NCBI GenBank assembly: GCA_963674855.2
Contig: CAXXST010000002.1
Location: 558,887 to 622,886 of the forward strand
Length of the DNA stretch: 64,000 nucleotides
Source of the DNA: Dehalococcoidales bacterium
GTDB lineage: Bacteria; Chloroflexota; Dehalococcoidia; Dehalococcoidales; G020351185
Direction: 5' to 3'
Both the position numbers and the translations under genes were made by a program. The notes below the pieces were generated by a model. It was not told where the DNA came from, made no database searches, and saw only the letters and a program-made list of their open reading frames with translations. This document shows, piece by piece, positions 63,892 through 64,000 of the stretch (positions are counted from its first letter, which is position 1; every line of letters starts with the position of its first letter).

Positions 63892-64000
63892 ATGGAAACA
63901 CCGGTAGAATTATTCCAGCAGGGCAGACATGAAGAACTGTGGCAGAGGTGTTGTGGTTTCATTGACCTGAGTATGGATGAGTTTATGAGAATACAGCGAA
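63892..64000 (+). CDS. 5' end of an ORF truncated by the window edge, unknown function
   Basis: AGGAGG lies 9 nt before the ATG at 63892 (METPVELFQQGRHEELWQRCCGFIDLSMDEFMRIQR..). The frame stays open to the window end. Confidence 0.35.
   Translation, partial: METPVELFQQGRHEELWQRCCGFIDLSMDEFMRIQR

Noticed and set aside
1-64000. tRNA, rRNA or other structured RNA genes in the intergenic gaps
   Set aside because: Every gap longer than 100 nt was read on both strands. None shows cloverleaf-compatible stems, T-loop GTTCGAATC-like sequences or rRNA-like conservation. Only hairpins consistent with terminators or inverted repeats were seen.

Overview
Gene-dense (roughly 90% coding) chromosomal segment from an anaerobic bacterium. 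It is probably monoderm: the pilus locus has no secretin and the Fe-S subunits carry Tat plus lipobox signals. A Chloroflexota-like origin is only a low-confidence guess. No rRNA, tRNA, CRISPR array, transposase or integrase could be supported by eye. Content from left to right: (1) an ABC-2 exporter. (2) Two paralogous modules. Each has a soluble multi-PAS histidine kinase, an OmpR-type regulator, an AT-rich leader with a conserved small ORF, a Tat/lipobox Fe-S subunit and an aldehyde-oxidoreductase-type enzyme. The enzyme is a tungsten AOR-family protein in module 1 and a PaoABC/xanthine-dehydrogenase-family Mo enzyme in module 2. (3) A collinear operon for siroheme-dependent (Ahb) heme synthesis. 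(4) A 2-hydroxyacyl-CoA dehydratase/benzoyl-CoA reductase-type enzyme with its ATPase activator, joined to a NapH-like membrane polyferredoxin. (5) Zn-ribbon protein, LemA and an M48 protease. (6) pabB-pabA-pabC. (7) An ECF sigma/anti-sigma pair next to a coiled-coil protein built from eight 120-bp tandem repeats. (8) A ~17-kb type IV pilus (T4P) locus, which is the most unusual part. Its PilB ATPase carries two N-terminal restriction-endonuclease-fold-like modules. A 1389-aa PilX-like protein carries five 130-aa Asp-box beta-sandwich-like repeats. A sixth copy of that repeat is inserted in the neighbouring PilO-like gene. A decayed neighbour gene combines Zn-ribbons with two more endonuclease-like modules. 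At least seven 1-nt indels break otherwise recognisable genes, six of them in short homopolymers. Five of the seven cluster in 59.9-62.1 kb. They may be assembly errors or real decay; the sequence alone cannot decide. All calls come from manual reading of the ORF translations and the DNA. No database search was run, and motif coordinates were counted by hand.
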